Shown piece by piece: positions 1 through 7,429 of a DNA stretch of 34,339 nt. The notes under the pieces are model-generated. The model searched no databases, had not been told where the DNA came from, and saw nothing but the letters and a program-made list of their open reading frames with translations. Source of the stretch: Thermoflexales bacterium (GTDB lineage Bacteria; Chloroflexota; Anaerolineae; B4-G1; SLSP01); contig SLSP01000209.1 of NCBI GenBank assembly GCA_007130345.1, positions 1-34,339 of the forward strand. The letters run 5' to 3'. A program made the position numbers and the translations under genes. Within the stretch, counting starts at the first letter, position 1. The number at the start of each line of letters is the position of its first letter.

Positions 1-1
1 C

Positions 2-325
2 ACCTTCGCCCGGTTGCAGAAGGGCAAGCAAGGCCGCACCCTGTGGAAAGCCGCCGCTTGCCGCCCCTACGTCGAAGAAGACAGCTACACCACCCACAGC
101 CTCGAAGATAGTCTGGCCTGGTCAGAGAACGCTTATAAAGCCTTCGTCAAAAAGCTGGCGGGCAAAATCACCGGCCTCAGCGACCTCGTCGCCATCTACC
201 GCGCCCACGCGCCGGACTACGCCGCGCTGGTGCAGCGCATCGCCGCCACGGATCGCATCATCGACCAGATCGTCTACCGGCTTTACGGGTTGACCGAAGA
301 AGAAATCGCCATCGTCGAAGCGTAG
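2..325 (+). CDS. 3' end of a gene truncated by the window edge; C-terminal tail typical of Eco57I/TaqI-like (type IIG RM or BREX PglX-like) DNA methyltransferases
   Basis: The frame is open from base 2; the M at 14 in the ORF track is an internal TTG. The protein ends ...DRIIDQIVYRLYGLTEEEIAIVEA, the LYGLTxEEIxIVE-type tail common at the C terminus of RM/BREX adenine methyltransferases. No catalytic motif lies inside the window. Confidence 0.4.
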   Translation, partial: TFARLQKGKQGRTLWKAAACRPYVEEDSYTTHSLEDSLAWSENAYKAFVKKLAGKITGLSDLVAIYRAHAPDYAALVQRIAATDRIIDQIVYRLYGLTEEEIAIVEA

Positions 326-445
326 GGACGCCCCCCGTGGTCGCCCCGCGCAAGGAGCTACCAATTGGAGCACATTCAACCGGGGAGTTATTTATGCCGT
401 GCTGTATTAATCAGGTTTTTGGAGAAGATAGCCCCCTCTCAAAGA

Positions 446-471
446 CATCGCCCCCCAATCGGGGGGCGATG
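446..471. terminator. GC-rich hairpin between convergent genes (bidirectional terminator candidate)
   Basis: CATCGCCCCCC-AATC-GGGGGGCGATG forms a perfect 11-bp stem. It is followed by TTTGG on + and TCTTTG on -. It lies between the + gene ending at 325 and the - gene ending at 503. Confidence 0.6.
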
Positions 472-502
472 TTTGGTGACTCAAACGCATGCATGCGGCG
501 GT

Positions 503-2656
503 CTATTCGTGCTCTCCCATTGCCAGCACCTCGCGCAGCGCGGGGACGTAGTATTTCTCGGTGTAATCCTTCACCATCCGCCGCATTGAGAATTGCGGGC
601 CTACAGTGCGGATGGCCTCTTTCATCATTGCCACCCATCCCCTGGGGGTGTCGTCGCGGTCGCGGTCGTAGTAGAGAGGCACGACTTGCTCTTCCAGCAC
701 ATCGTAGAGGGCCTGCGCGTCGGCGTCGTCTTGCTGGTACTCTTCGTCATACGCTTCTCCGGCTTCGATGGCCCACCCGTTGCGCCCGTTATAGGCTTCG
801 GCCCACCAGCCATCCAGGATGCTGAGGTTGAGCACGCCGTTGAAGGCCGCTTTCATCCCGCTGGTGCCGCTGGCTTCCATTGGCTTGCGCGGGGTGTTGA
901 GCCAGACATCGACGCCTTGCACGAGGTACCGGGCAATGTGCATATCGTAATCCTCCACAAAGGCGATGCGCCCCCCAAACTCTGGGTTGCGGGAGAAGTT
1001 GTAGATCTCCTGCAACAACATCTTGCCCGGATCGTCGGCGGGATGCGCCTTGCCCGCGAAGATGAATTGCACCGGGCGGTAGCGGTCGTGGATCAGGGCT
1101 TTGAGGCGTTCCATATCGCGGAAGATGAGATTGGCGCGCTTATAGGTGGCGAAGCGGCGCGCGAAGCCGATGACCAGCGCTTCTGGATCGAGGAAGACGC
1201 CCGACGCCAGGATGTGATCCGGCGGCGCCGCGCGGGAGATGTACTCGTCGCGGGCGCGCTCGCGGATGGTGGAGAGCATCTTGCGCTTGAGGTGTGTGTG
1301 CGCGTCCCAGAGCTGCTGGTCGGGGACATCTTCAATGCGCGACCAGAGCAACACATCGTCTTGACGCTGCACCCAATCGGGGCTGATGTGCTGCCGATAC
1401 ACCCGGTGCATCGCTTCGCCCGTCCACGACGGCAGATGGACGCCGTTGGTGACGTGGCCGATGGGGACTTCGTCCACCGCTTTATCCGGCCATAACCCCT
1501 GCCACATCTGGCGCGAGACCTCGCCGTGCAACGCGCTCACGCCGTTGGCGCGCTGGCTCATCAGCAACGCCAGCTTGGTCATATTGAAAAGCTCCCCGTG
1601 ACTGCCCAACTGAAGGAAATCCTCGCGGGTGATGTCCAGGGTCGGCCAGAAGTGATAGAAGTAGCGGTCGATGAGATTGAAGTCGAAAGCATCGTGGCCG
1701 GCGGGGACGGGCGTGTGCGTGGTGAAGATGGTGCTGGCACATACCCGCTCCCGCGCCTGCGCGAAGTCCATCCCCCGCGCCACATATTTCCGCGCGCGCT
1801 CCAGGGGCATGAACGCGGAGTGCCCCTCGTTGATGTGCCACACGCGCGGTTCGATGCCCAGGGCGCGCAGCACTTGCACGCCGCCGATGCCCAGGAGAAT
1901 CTCCTGCTGAATGCGCATCTCGCGGTCGCCGCCATACAGCCGCCCGGTCAACTGCCGGTCCCAGGGCGCGTTCTGCTCCACATTGGCATCGATGAGATAG
2001 AGGCGCGCGCATCCTACCCGCACTTCCCAGACCTGCAAGCCCACGTCGCGGTCGCCGAGGCGCACGGTGATGATCTGCCGCTGCCCATCATCGTGCAGCA
2101 CAGGGCGCAGCGCCACCTCGGCGGGGTTGAGCGGTGGGTAGATGGCCTCCTGCCACCCGCTGTGATCCAGCCGTTGGCGGAAGTAGCCCTGTTCGTAGAG
2201 GAAGCCCACCGCGACGAAGGGCAAGCCCAGATCGCTGGCCTCTTTGGTGTGATCGCCGGAAAGGACGCCCAGGCCGCCGGAGTAGATGGGCAATGACGTG
2301 TGCAATCCGAACTCCGCCGAGAAGTAGGCGATGGGATGCTGCGCCAACTCCGGGTACGTCTGCGGATACCAGTGCGTGCCATTGGTGGTGTCGTGGTCTA
2401 GCTCCATCAGCACGGCGTTGAGATCGCGCAAAAACAGAGGGTCCTTGGTCAACTTCTCGATGCGCTCCTCGGGGGTCTCCAGCAGCATGCGCACGGGATT
2501 GTGGCGCGTGGTCGTCCACAGCGTGCGATCTAGCTGCTTGAATAGATCCCGCGACGCGCGATGCCACGACCACCAGAAATTGTAGGTCAAGTCCTCCAAA
2601 CGGGCTAGGCGAAGAGGGAGTTTATCCTGCAAAGATTCGGGATACTGCTCGTTCAT
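503..2656 (-). CDS. glgP: alpha-glucan (glycogen/maltodextrin) phosphorylase, GT35 family
   Basis: Has the N-terminal LTYNFWWSWH block, HVTNGVH, and EASGTSGMKAAFNG (PLP-lysine region). ATG at 2656 is preceded by AAGGAG at 6-nt spacing. The track start at 2659 is a TTG one codon upstream. Confidence 0.9.
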   Translation of the reverse strand: MNEQYPESLQDKLPLRLARLEDLTYNFWWSWHRASRDLFKQLDRTLWTTTRHNPVRMLLETPEERIEKLTKDPLFLRDLNAVLMELDHDTTNGTHWYPQTYPELAQHPIAYFSAEFGLHTSLPIYSGGLGVLSGDHTKEASDLGLPFVAVGFLYEQGYFRQRLDHSGWQEAIYPPLNPAEVALRPVLHDDGQRQIITVRLGDRDVGLQVWEVRVGCARLYLIDANVEQNAPWDRQLTGRLYGGDREMRIQQEILLGIGGVQVLRALGIEPRVWHINEGHSAFMPLERARKYVARGMDFAQARERVCASTIFTTHTPVPAGHDAFDFNLIDRYFYHFWPTLDITREDFLQLGSHGELFNMTKLALLMSQRANGVSALHGEVSRQMWQGLWPDKAVDEVPIGHVTNGVHLPSWTGEAMHRVYRQHISPDWVQRQDDVLLWSRIEDVPDQQLWDAHTHLKRKMLSTIRERARDEYISRAAPPDHILASGVFLDPEALVIGFARRFATYKRANLIFRDMERLKALIHDRYRPVQFIFAGKAHPADDPGKMLLQEIYNFSRNPEFGGRIAFVEDYDMHIARYLVQGVDVWLNTPRKPMEASGTSGMKAAFNGVLNLSILDGWWAEAYNGRNGWAIEAGEAYDEEYQQDDADAQALYDVLEEQVVPLYYDRDRDDTPRGWVAMMKEAIRTVGPQFSMRRMVKDYTEKYYVPALREVLAMGEHE

Positions 2657-2710
2657 CAATAGCTCCTTTTAAGAATGGCGAAAAGTAAATGATAAATGAA
2701 GGTAACACTT

Positions 2711-2782
2711 CAGTTTTGTGAGCAAACGCTCGAAATCTCCGTCCCCGGGACGCGGGTTTTGAGCGTGCTCATAAGACTGATC
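2711..2782 (+). repeat. R1 hairpin element, copy 1 (short form)
   Basis: Termini CAGTTTTGTGAGCA (2711-2724) and TGCTCATAAGACTG (2766-2779) pair with two T-G wobbles. The inner GC-rich stem is CTCGAAATCTCCGTCC / GGACGCGGGTTTTGAG. Homologous copies lie at 5473, 15144 and 26405. Confidence 0.7.
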
Positions 2783-2835
2783 TGCTACAAGTGAAGAATG
2801 GGCGCATCCTATTTCAGTTGACCTTTGTAACTCGT

Positions 2836-2860
2836 GAATTACGCATCACGAATTACGCAT
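2836..2860. repeat. tandem direct repeat GAATTACGCAT x2 abutting the stop codon of the membrane-protein gene
   Basis: GAATTACGCAT occurs at 2836-2846 and 2850-2860. It is related in composition to the ACGCAAT/ATTGCGT repeats at 7326-7384 and 14921-14935. Confidence 0.5.
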
Positions 2861-3696
2861 TATGGCCTGATCCACAGCACCAGCGCGAGCATCAACGCGA
2901 CCACCAGCACGAATTCCAGGACGACTTGCCTGGTCAACCGATCCAGAAGATATTGATAGCCGATCCCACTCCACAGATATAGGCCCAGGGTGAGTAGTGT
3001 GGCCGCCGTCCACGCCGAAATGTTCCAAAAGCCGAAGACCCAGGCCATTTGTGCGGTTAGTAACGCGATAATGCCGCTGAAGAGTGCCACATCTTTGATC
3101 GCGGCACCGGTGGCGCTCAGAAGCTCCAGTGCCAGCAGCCCGCTGAGTAAGAAGATAGCCGGGCCGGTGACGAGGGCGCGGTCTTGTGATTGCAGCACCA
3201 GGCTGAAGAGCAGGAATCCGACGAGATAGTCGATGATGTTCAGGAGGGTGCGCGCGCTAGGATAGCCGGGGCTTTCGGGCGAGAAGGCCCGGTAGCTGAG
3301 GTGAATTAAGAGGCCCAACAGGAGCGCGCCCAAGAGCAACGTCGCCATCCACACGGGCCAGAGTTGCGCCTGGACAAGCAACAGCGAGATCAATAGCGCG
3401 CCGAGCGCGGGCACGATGAGGAAAAAGACCACGCCCCGCTCGCGGGTTTTGTATAAGGGATGGCCTTGCATCAGTGAGAGGGTGCCGGTAGCGACCAGGC
3501 CCATCATCAACAGACTCAGCATCCAATCGCTGTCGAAGGTGAAACTCAAGGGGGAGCCGAAAACCTGGCGCACGCCCCACACAAAATCGGGGATTTCCAC
3601 GAAGCGGAACAGCGTCGCGCTGACCAGCGTAACCGCCAATAACACGCTCAGTCGGTCGCGCTCCGCGTGTTGGGCTGTGTGTGTTGAGGGTAACAT
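2860..3696 (-). CDS. polytopic integral membrane protein of unknown function (about 8 hydrophobic segments)
   Basis: 278-aa ORF, ATG start, Leu/Ala/Gly-rich hydrophobic stretches throughout. It lies 9 nt downstream of the methyltransferase gene on the same strand. I recognise no family motif. Confidence 0.6.
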   Translation of the reverse strand: MLPSTHTAQHAERDRLSVLLAVTLVSATLFRFVEIPDFVWGVRQVFGSPLSFTFDSDWMLSLLMMGLVATGTLSLMQGHPLYKTRERGVVFFLIVPALGALLISLLLVQAQLWPVWMATLLLGALLLGLLIHLSYRAFSPESPGYPSARTLLNIIDYLVGFLLFSLVLQSQDRALVTGPAIFLLSGLLALELLSATGAAIKDVALFSGIIALLTAQMAWVFGFWNISAWTAATLLTLGLYLWSGIGYQYLLDRLTRQVVLEFVLVVALMLALVLWIRP

Positions 3697-3705
3697 GCGC
3701 TTATT

Positions 3706-4668
3706 CTATCTTGGCGCGGGGGATTTGTCAACTTTGCGGGCGTAGGTGGTGAAGAGGTCGCCCAAATTGACCCGCGTGGCCTTCTCGCCTAGCTGGAGCT
3801 TCCGCACCAGCCATTCCAGCGGTCGCCCGAAGAGCGGCGCCAGTGCCGTGACCCGGCTTGCCAGGTAGCCCACATGTAGATACCGACCTTGCGCGCCCAT
3901 CCACACTATCTCGAAGTCGGCCTTCTCCAAGAACGCGGTCATGGTCTGGCGCGAAAAATAGCAGAGGTGCATCTCCATAAACCAGGGCCACCGGCGGCCC
4001 ATCAACCGGGCGAAGGGGCTGTTGAGATCCATCGTGTGGACAACCAGGATGCCGCCGGGTTCGAGCGCGCGCCAGGCCGCCTGGAATGTACCGAGCGGGT
4101 CGGTGACGTGCTCGATTACGTCCCACATTGTGATCACGGCGTAGCTTTCGGGGGCGAGGTCAGCTTCTTCGATCGCGCCCGGTATCATCTGCAGGCCCTG
4201 AGCGCGAGCTTGCTCCACGGCCCACTGGCTTGGCTCGATGCCCCAGGCGTTCCATCCGTGGCGGGCAGCGATCTCGACGAAGACGCCGGTGTAGGCCCCC
4301 ACGTCAAGCAGGCGGCGATGGGCCGGCGGCCCGACGAAGTCTTCCAGAGGCTTGAGGTGCTGCTCGAAGGTGAGGACGCGGCCCGCGCGCTCTTGCTGGT
4401 AGAGGGGGTCTTCAACAGCGGTGTAGATGTCGAGAACCTCATGGTTTTGAGGCCGGGGCGTGGCGTAGACGAAGCCGCAATGCTCGCAGCGCACGATGGG
4501 GCCGTGGTGCCCGTAGCCGCCGCTGGTACAAGCGTAGGCCCGCCAATCGCCCTCCCCGGCTTGCGGCGGCTTCTGGTCGAGAGTGGACGGGATATAGAGC
4601 GTGTAATCATTGGCACCACAGAGATTGCAGCGGGTATGTTCCCAGGTTGTAGGAGGCGGGGCAGTCAT
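3706..4668 (-). CDS. class I SAM-dependent methyltransferase with N-terminal Cys4 zinc-ribbon
   Basis: CNLCG...x...CEHCG forms an N-terminal zinc ribbon. Motif I is LLDVGAYTG, followed by a Rossmann-type fold pattern ([16 protein letters not shown]). The start overlaps the GT2 stop as ATGA at 4665-4668. Confidence 0.8.
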   Translation of the reverse strand: MTAPPPTTWEHTRCNLCGANDYTLYIPSTLDQKPPQAGEGDWRAYACTSGGYGHHGPIVRCEHCGFVYATPRPQNHEVLDIYTAVEDPLYQQERAGRVLTFEQHLKPLEDFVGPPAHRRLLDVGAYTGVFVEIAARHGWNAWGIEPSQWAVEQARAQGLQMIPGAIEEADLAPESYAVITMWDVIEHVTDPLGTFQAAWRALEPGGILVVHTMDLNSPFARLMGRRWPWFMEMHLCYFSRQTMTAFLEKADFEIVWMGAQGRYLHVGYLASRVTALAPLFGRPLEWLVRKLQLGEKATRVNLGDLFTTYARKVDKSPAPR

Positions 4669-5387
4669 ATCTTCTTGCCCCGTAATTGGGCATAGAAGAG
4701 GCGGAAGACCGTCCCCATCGCCTTGATAATCTCGGTGCGCGAGATTTTGGATGTGCCCTGCTGCCGGTTCTGGAATACGATGGGCACTTCGCCCACGCGC
4801 CAGCCCTGACGCTGCACTTTATAGAGCATCTCGACGAGGAAGGAGTATCCGCTGGAGAAAATCTCATCCAGCGCGATGGACTCTAACACTTCGTGCCGGT
4901 AACATCGAAAACCGGCTGTGGTATCGTGCGCCTTGAGACCCAACAATACGCGGGTGCATGTATTCGCGCCCCAGCTCAAAAATTTACGGGGCCACGTACA
5001 CTCCACAGCCGCGCCGCCGGGCACGTAACGGCTGCCGATGACGAGGTCATAGCCCTGGGCGATCTTCTCAACCATTGCCGGGATGCGGTTGGGGGGATGG
5101 GAGAAATCGGCGTCCATCGTGACAACAAGATCGCGCCCGGCCGCGAGGGCGTAGTTGAAGCCCGCGATATAGGCTGTGCCCAAGCCCAGCTTGCCGGCGC
5201 GGTGGATGACGTGAACGCGCCCCGGATGCTCCTCCGCCAGTCCGTCGGCGATGTCGCCGGTGCCGTCAGGCGAGTTGTCGTCTACTATCACGACTTCCAC
5301 CTCGAGGGGGAGGGCCAGCAACAGCGTTGCCAGGCGCGCGAGGTTCTCCCTTTCGTTATAGGTCGGTACAATGACGCTGATGTGCAT
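4665..5387 (-). CDS. GT2 family polyprenol-phosphate mannosyl/glucosyl-transferase (Dpm1/Ppm1-like)
   Basis: Has [26 protein letters not shown], the MDADFSHP (DxD region) and GFRCY motifs typical of dolichol/polyprenol-phosphate glycosyltransferases. 240 aa with no membrane domain. Confidence 0.85.
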   Translation of the reverse strand: MHISVIVPTYNERENLARLATLLLALPLEVEVVIVDDNSPDGTGDIADGLAEEHPGRVHVIHRAGKLGLGTAYIAGFNYALAAGRDLVVTMDADFSHPPNRIPAMVEKIAQGYDLVIGSRYVPGGAAVECTWPRKFLSWGANTCTRVLLGLKAHDTTAGFRCYRHEVLESIALDEIFSSGYSFLVEMLYKVQRQGWRVGEVPIVFQNRQQGTSKISRTEIIKAMGTVFRLFYAQLRGKKI

Positions 5388-5472
5388 TTTGCCACCTTCT
5401 TCCAGTAGGATTAACTTGATGATTATACCAGAAGGAGGCAGAGAGGGTAGTTTTTAGGGGAAGGTACCACGT

Positions 5473-5564
5473 CAGTTTTGTGAGTAAACCGTTTAGCATC
5501 TCAAAAATAGCTCGAAGCCCACGTCCCTAAGACGTGGGCTTCGAGTATGCTCATAAGACTGCTC
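5473..5564 (+). repeat. R1 hairpin element, copy 2 (short form, cleanest copy)
   Basis: The outer stem CAGTTTTGTGAGTA / TGCTCATAAGACTG is 14 positions with 3 T-G wobbles and no other mismatch. The inner stem CTCGAAGCCCACGTC-CCTAA-GACGTGGGCTTCGAG is a perfect 15 bp. Confidence 0.75.
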
Positions 5565-5607
5565 ATGTTCGCGCCGATTGCCGACTTCTTCAAGCGCGGA
5601 GGTATCC

Positions 5608-5985
5608 TCAATACGCCCCCAACTCCCGCAGCCGCTCGTCGCTGATGCCGAAGTGGTGCGCGATCTCGTGGCGCAGGACACGCTGCACCGTCGCTTGCGC
5701 TTCTTCGGGGGTGTGGCAACGCATCAGGATGGGCTGCCGATAGATGGAGATTTTATCCGGCAGCACCATCCGGTAACTGTGCGTGCGCCGGGTTTGCGGA
5801 ATCCCGTGATAGAAGCCCAAGAGTTGGGCGGGATGCCGCGCGCCGACTTTCGCCATCGTGACCGGATCGGGCCACGGTTCGATCACCACGTCCACATTGC
5901 TCAATCGCTCGCGGAATTCCTCCGGCAGCGCGTCGAGGGCAGCGGAGACCAGATGCTCAAAATGGCCGGGGGACATTGCCAGCAT
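5608..5985 (-). CDS. small zincin-like metallopeptidase family protein (Zincin_1/DUF1025-like)
   Basis: 125 aa with an HExxH motif (VLRHEIAHHFG) near the C terminus, the usual layout of this family. The start lies 3 nt after the stop of the last hydrogenase gene. An alternative ATG is at 5976. Confidence 0.65.
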   Translation of the reverse strand: MLAMSPGHFEHLVSAALDALPEEFRERLSNVDVVIEPWPDPVTMAKVGARHPAQLLGFYHGIPQTRRTHSYRMVLPDKISIYRQPILMRCHTPEEAQATVQRVLRHEIAHHFGISDERLRELGAY

Positions 5986-5988
5986 CGC

Positions 5989-6378
5989 TCAGGTCTCTTT
6001 TTCGTCATCTTCCTTATGATCCACCAGCTTGGTGGTGAAGGTGGCCCGCTGCGTGGAGCCGCGCACAAAGTCGCTGGTCATGTGGATGGCGTCGAAGGCG
6101 CAGGACAGTTCACATTGCCCGCAATAGGCGCACCGGTCGGGATGATAAATCAGCCGATATTGTTTCCGGCTATCCTTCTCTAACGCCAAAGCGTCGGCGG
6201 GACAGTCTCGCACACAGAGGCTACAGCCCCGGCATTTCTCGGCATTGACGGTGACATGGCCCCGGAAGCCCGGCGGCAGTTCCATCGGGCCGAAGGGATA
6301 GCTTACGGTTTCGGGTTTGCGCGCCAACACGCGCCAGATTTGGGGGAGCATGTAGAGAAACGAACGCCATTGCGCCAT
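5989..6378 (-). CDS. group 4 hydrogenase 2x[4Fe-4S] ferredoxin-like subunit (NuoI / MbhN / EchF-like)
   Basis: Two CxxCxxCxxxCP clusters: CRGCSLCVRDCP and CAYCGQCELSC. ATG at 6378 is preceded by GGGAGG at 6-nt spacing. The track start at 6402 is a TTG with no SD. Confidence 0.85.
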   Translation of the reverse strand: MAQWRSFLYMLPQIWRVLARKPETVSYPFGPMELPPGFRGHVTVNAEKCRGCSLCVRDCPADALALEKDSRKQYRLIYHPDRCAYCGQCELSCAFDAIHMTSDFVRGSTQRATFTTKLVDHKEDDEKET

Positions 6379-6379
6379 A

Positions 6380-7315
6380 TCAACCTCCCATCCACACGAC
6401 AAAAGCGATCTGCAACAGGGCCAGCGGCGCGAAGACGCGCCATCCCAGATAGGCCAACTGGTCGATGCGCAGCCGGGCGTAGATCACGCTTGCTGTGGAG
6501 AGGCTTAACAGGATCACCATCGCCATGAGGAAGAAAAGCAGGATGTTCAGCCCCACCATAGCCGTGATCGCCCCGCCCAAAAAGGTGTTGATGAGCAGGA
6601 AGATGCCGAGCACGGCTTGCATCTCCATCGTCAGATGCCAGAGGACGAGTTTGCGCCCGCTATATTCCGTCAGCGACCCGCCCACCACCTCCGATTTGGC
6701 CTTGGGGATGTCCAGGGGATCGCGTTTGAGCTTGCCGATGAGGCCGATGATCGCCAGGATGAAGCCGACGGGTTGCACGAAGGCGTACCAGAGGGTGCCC
6801 GTCTGCTGCTGCGCGATCTGCGAGATCGACCAGGAGTTGCCCAGGATGGCCGGCCCCACCATCGCCATCAAGAAGGGGACTTCGTAGGAGAAGTATTGCA
6901 GTAGGGCGCGGTTGCCGCCCATAATGCCGTAAGCGCCTCCCGAAATCCAGCCCGCCAGGAAGTAAGCCAGCGCGGGCATACTCAACAGGAAGAGCACGAC
7001 GATCAAATCGCCCTCGAAGGCTGCCGCCGTGTACCCGGCCACCGGGATGTATAGGCTCGCGGCCAAGACCATCGCAAACGAGAGCATCGGCAGGATTGCT
7101 GCCAGCCGCTCATTGATGCCGGTGGAGAGGATGTCTTCTTTCGCCAGCAGCTTGATCCAGTCGGCCAGCGGCTGGAACCAGGGCGGGCCGACGCGCCCAT
7201 GGAACCGGGCGATGATGCGCCGATCCAGCCAGTCGAAAGCCCAGGTGCAGAGCAGCAAAAAGATGAAGCCGGGGAACACAAACCATGTGAAGAGCGCGGA
7301 AAGTAACTCAGCCAT
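6380..7315 (-). CDS. group 4 hydrogenase membrane anchor subunit (NuoH / MbhM / HycD-like)
   Basis: Polytopic, with GRVGPPWFQPLADWIKL and SEVVGGSLTEYSG blocks characteristic of the NuoH/ND1 family. ATG at 7315 is preceded by AAGAGGG. The longer track start at 7363 would translate a repeat hairpin. Confidence 0.85.
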   Translation of the reverse strand: MAELLSALFTWFVFPGFIFLLLCTWAFDWLDRRIIARFHGRVGPPWFQPLADWIKLLAKEDILSTGINERLAAILPMLSFAMVLAASLYIPVAGYTAAAFEGDLIVVLFLLSMPALAYFLAGWISGGAYGIMGGNRALLQYFSYEVPFLMAMVGPAILGNSWSISQIAQQQTGTLWYAFVQPVGFILAIIGLIGKLKRDPLDIPKAKSEVVGGSLTEYSGRKLVLWHLTMEMQAVLGIFLLINTFLGGAITAMVGLNILLFFLMAMVILLSLSTASVIYARLRIDQLAYLGWRVFAPLALLQIAFVVWMGG

Positions 7316-7325
7316 CGTAGCCCTC

Positions 7326-7384
7326 TTGCGTATTCCGTGTTGCGTAGTGCGTAAAACCATCATACGGAATACGCAATACGCAAT
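7326..7384. repeat. intercistronic perfect 13-bp hairpin plus ACGCAAT repeats inside the hydrogenase operon
   Basis: TTGCGTATTCCGT (7326-7338) pairs perfectly with ACGGAATACGCAA (7364-7376) across a 25-nt loop. TACGCAAT is repeated at 7377-7384. The structure sits in the 114-nt gap between the large-subunit stop (7430) and the NuoH-like start (7315). Confidence 0.6.
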
Positions 7385-7429
7385 ATCGTCTTATTGTCAA
7401 CCTCTCATTAAACATAGCGTTCTCCTTCT

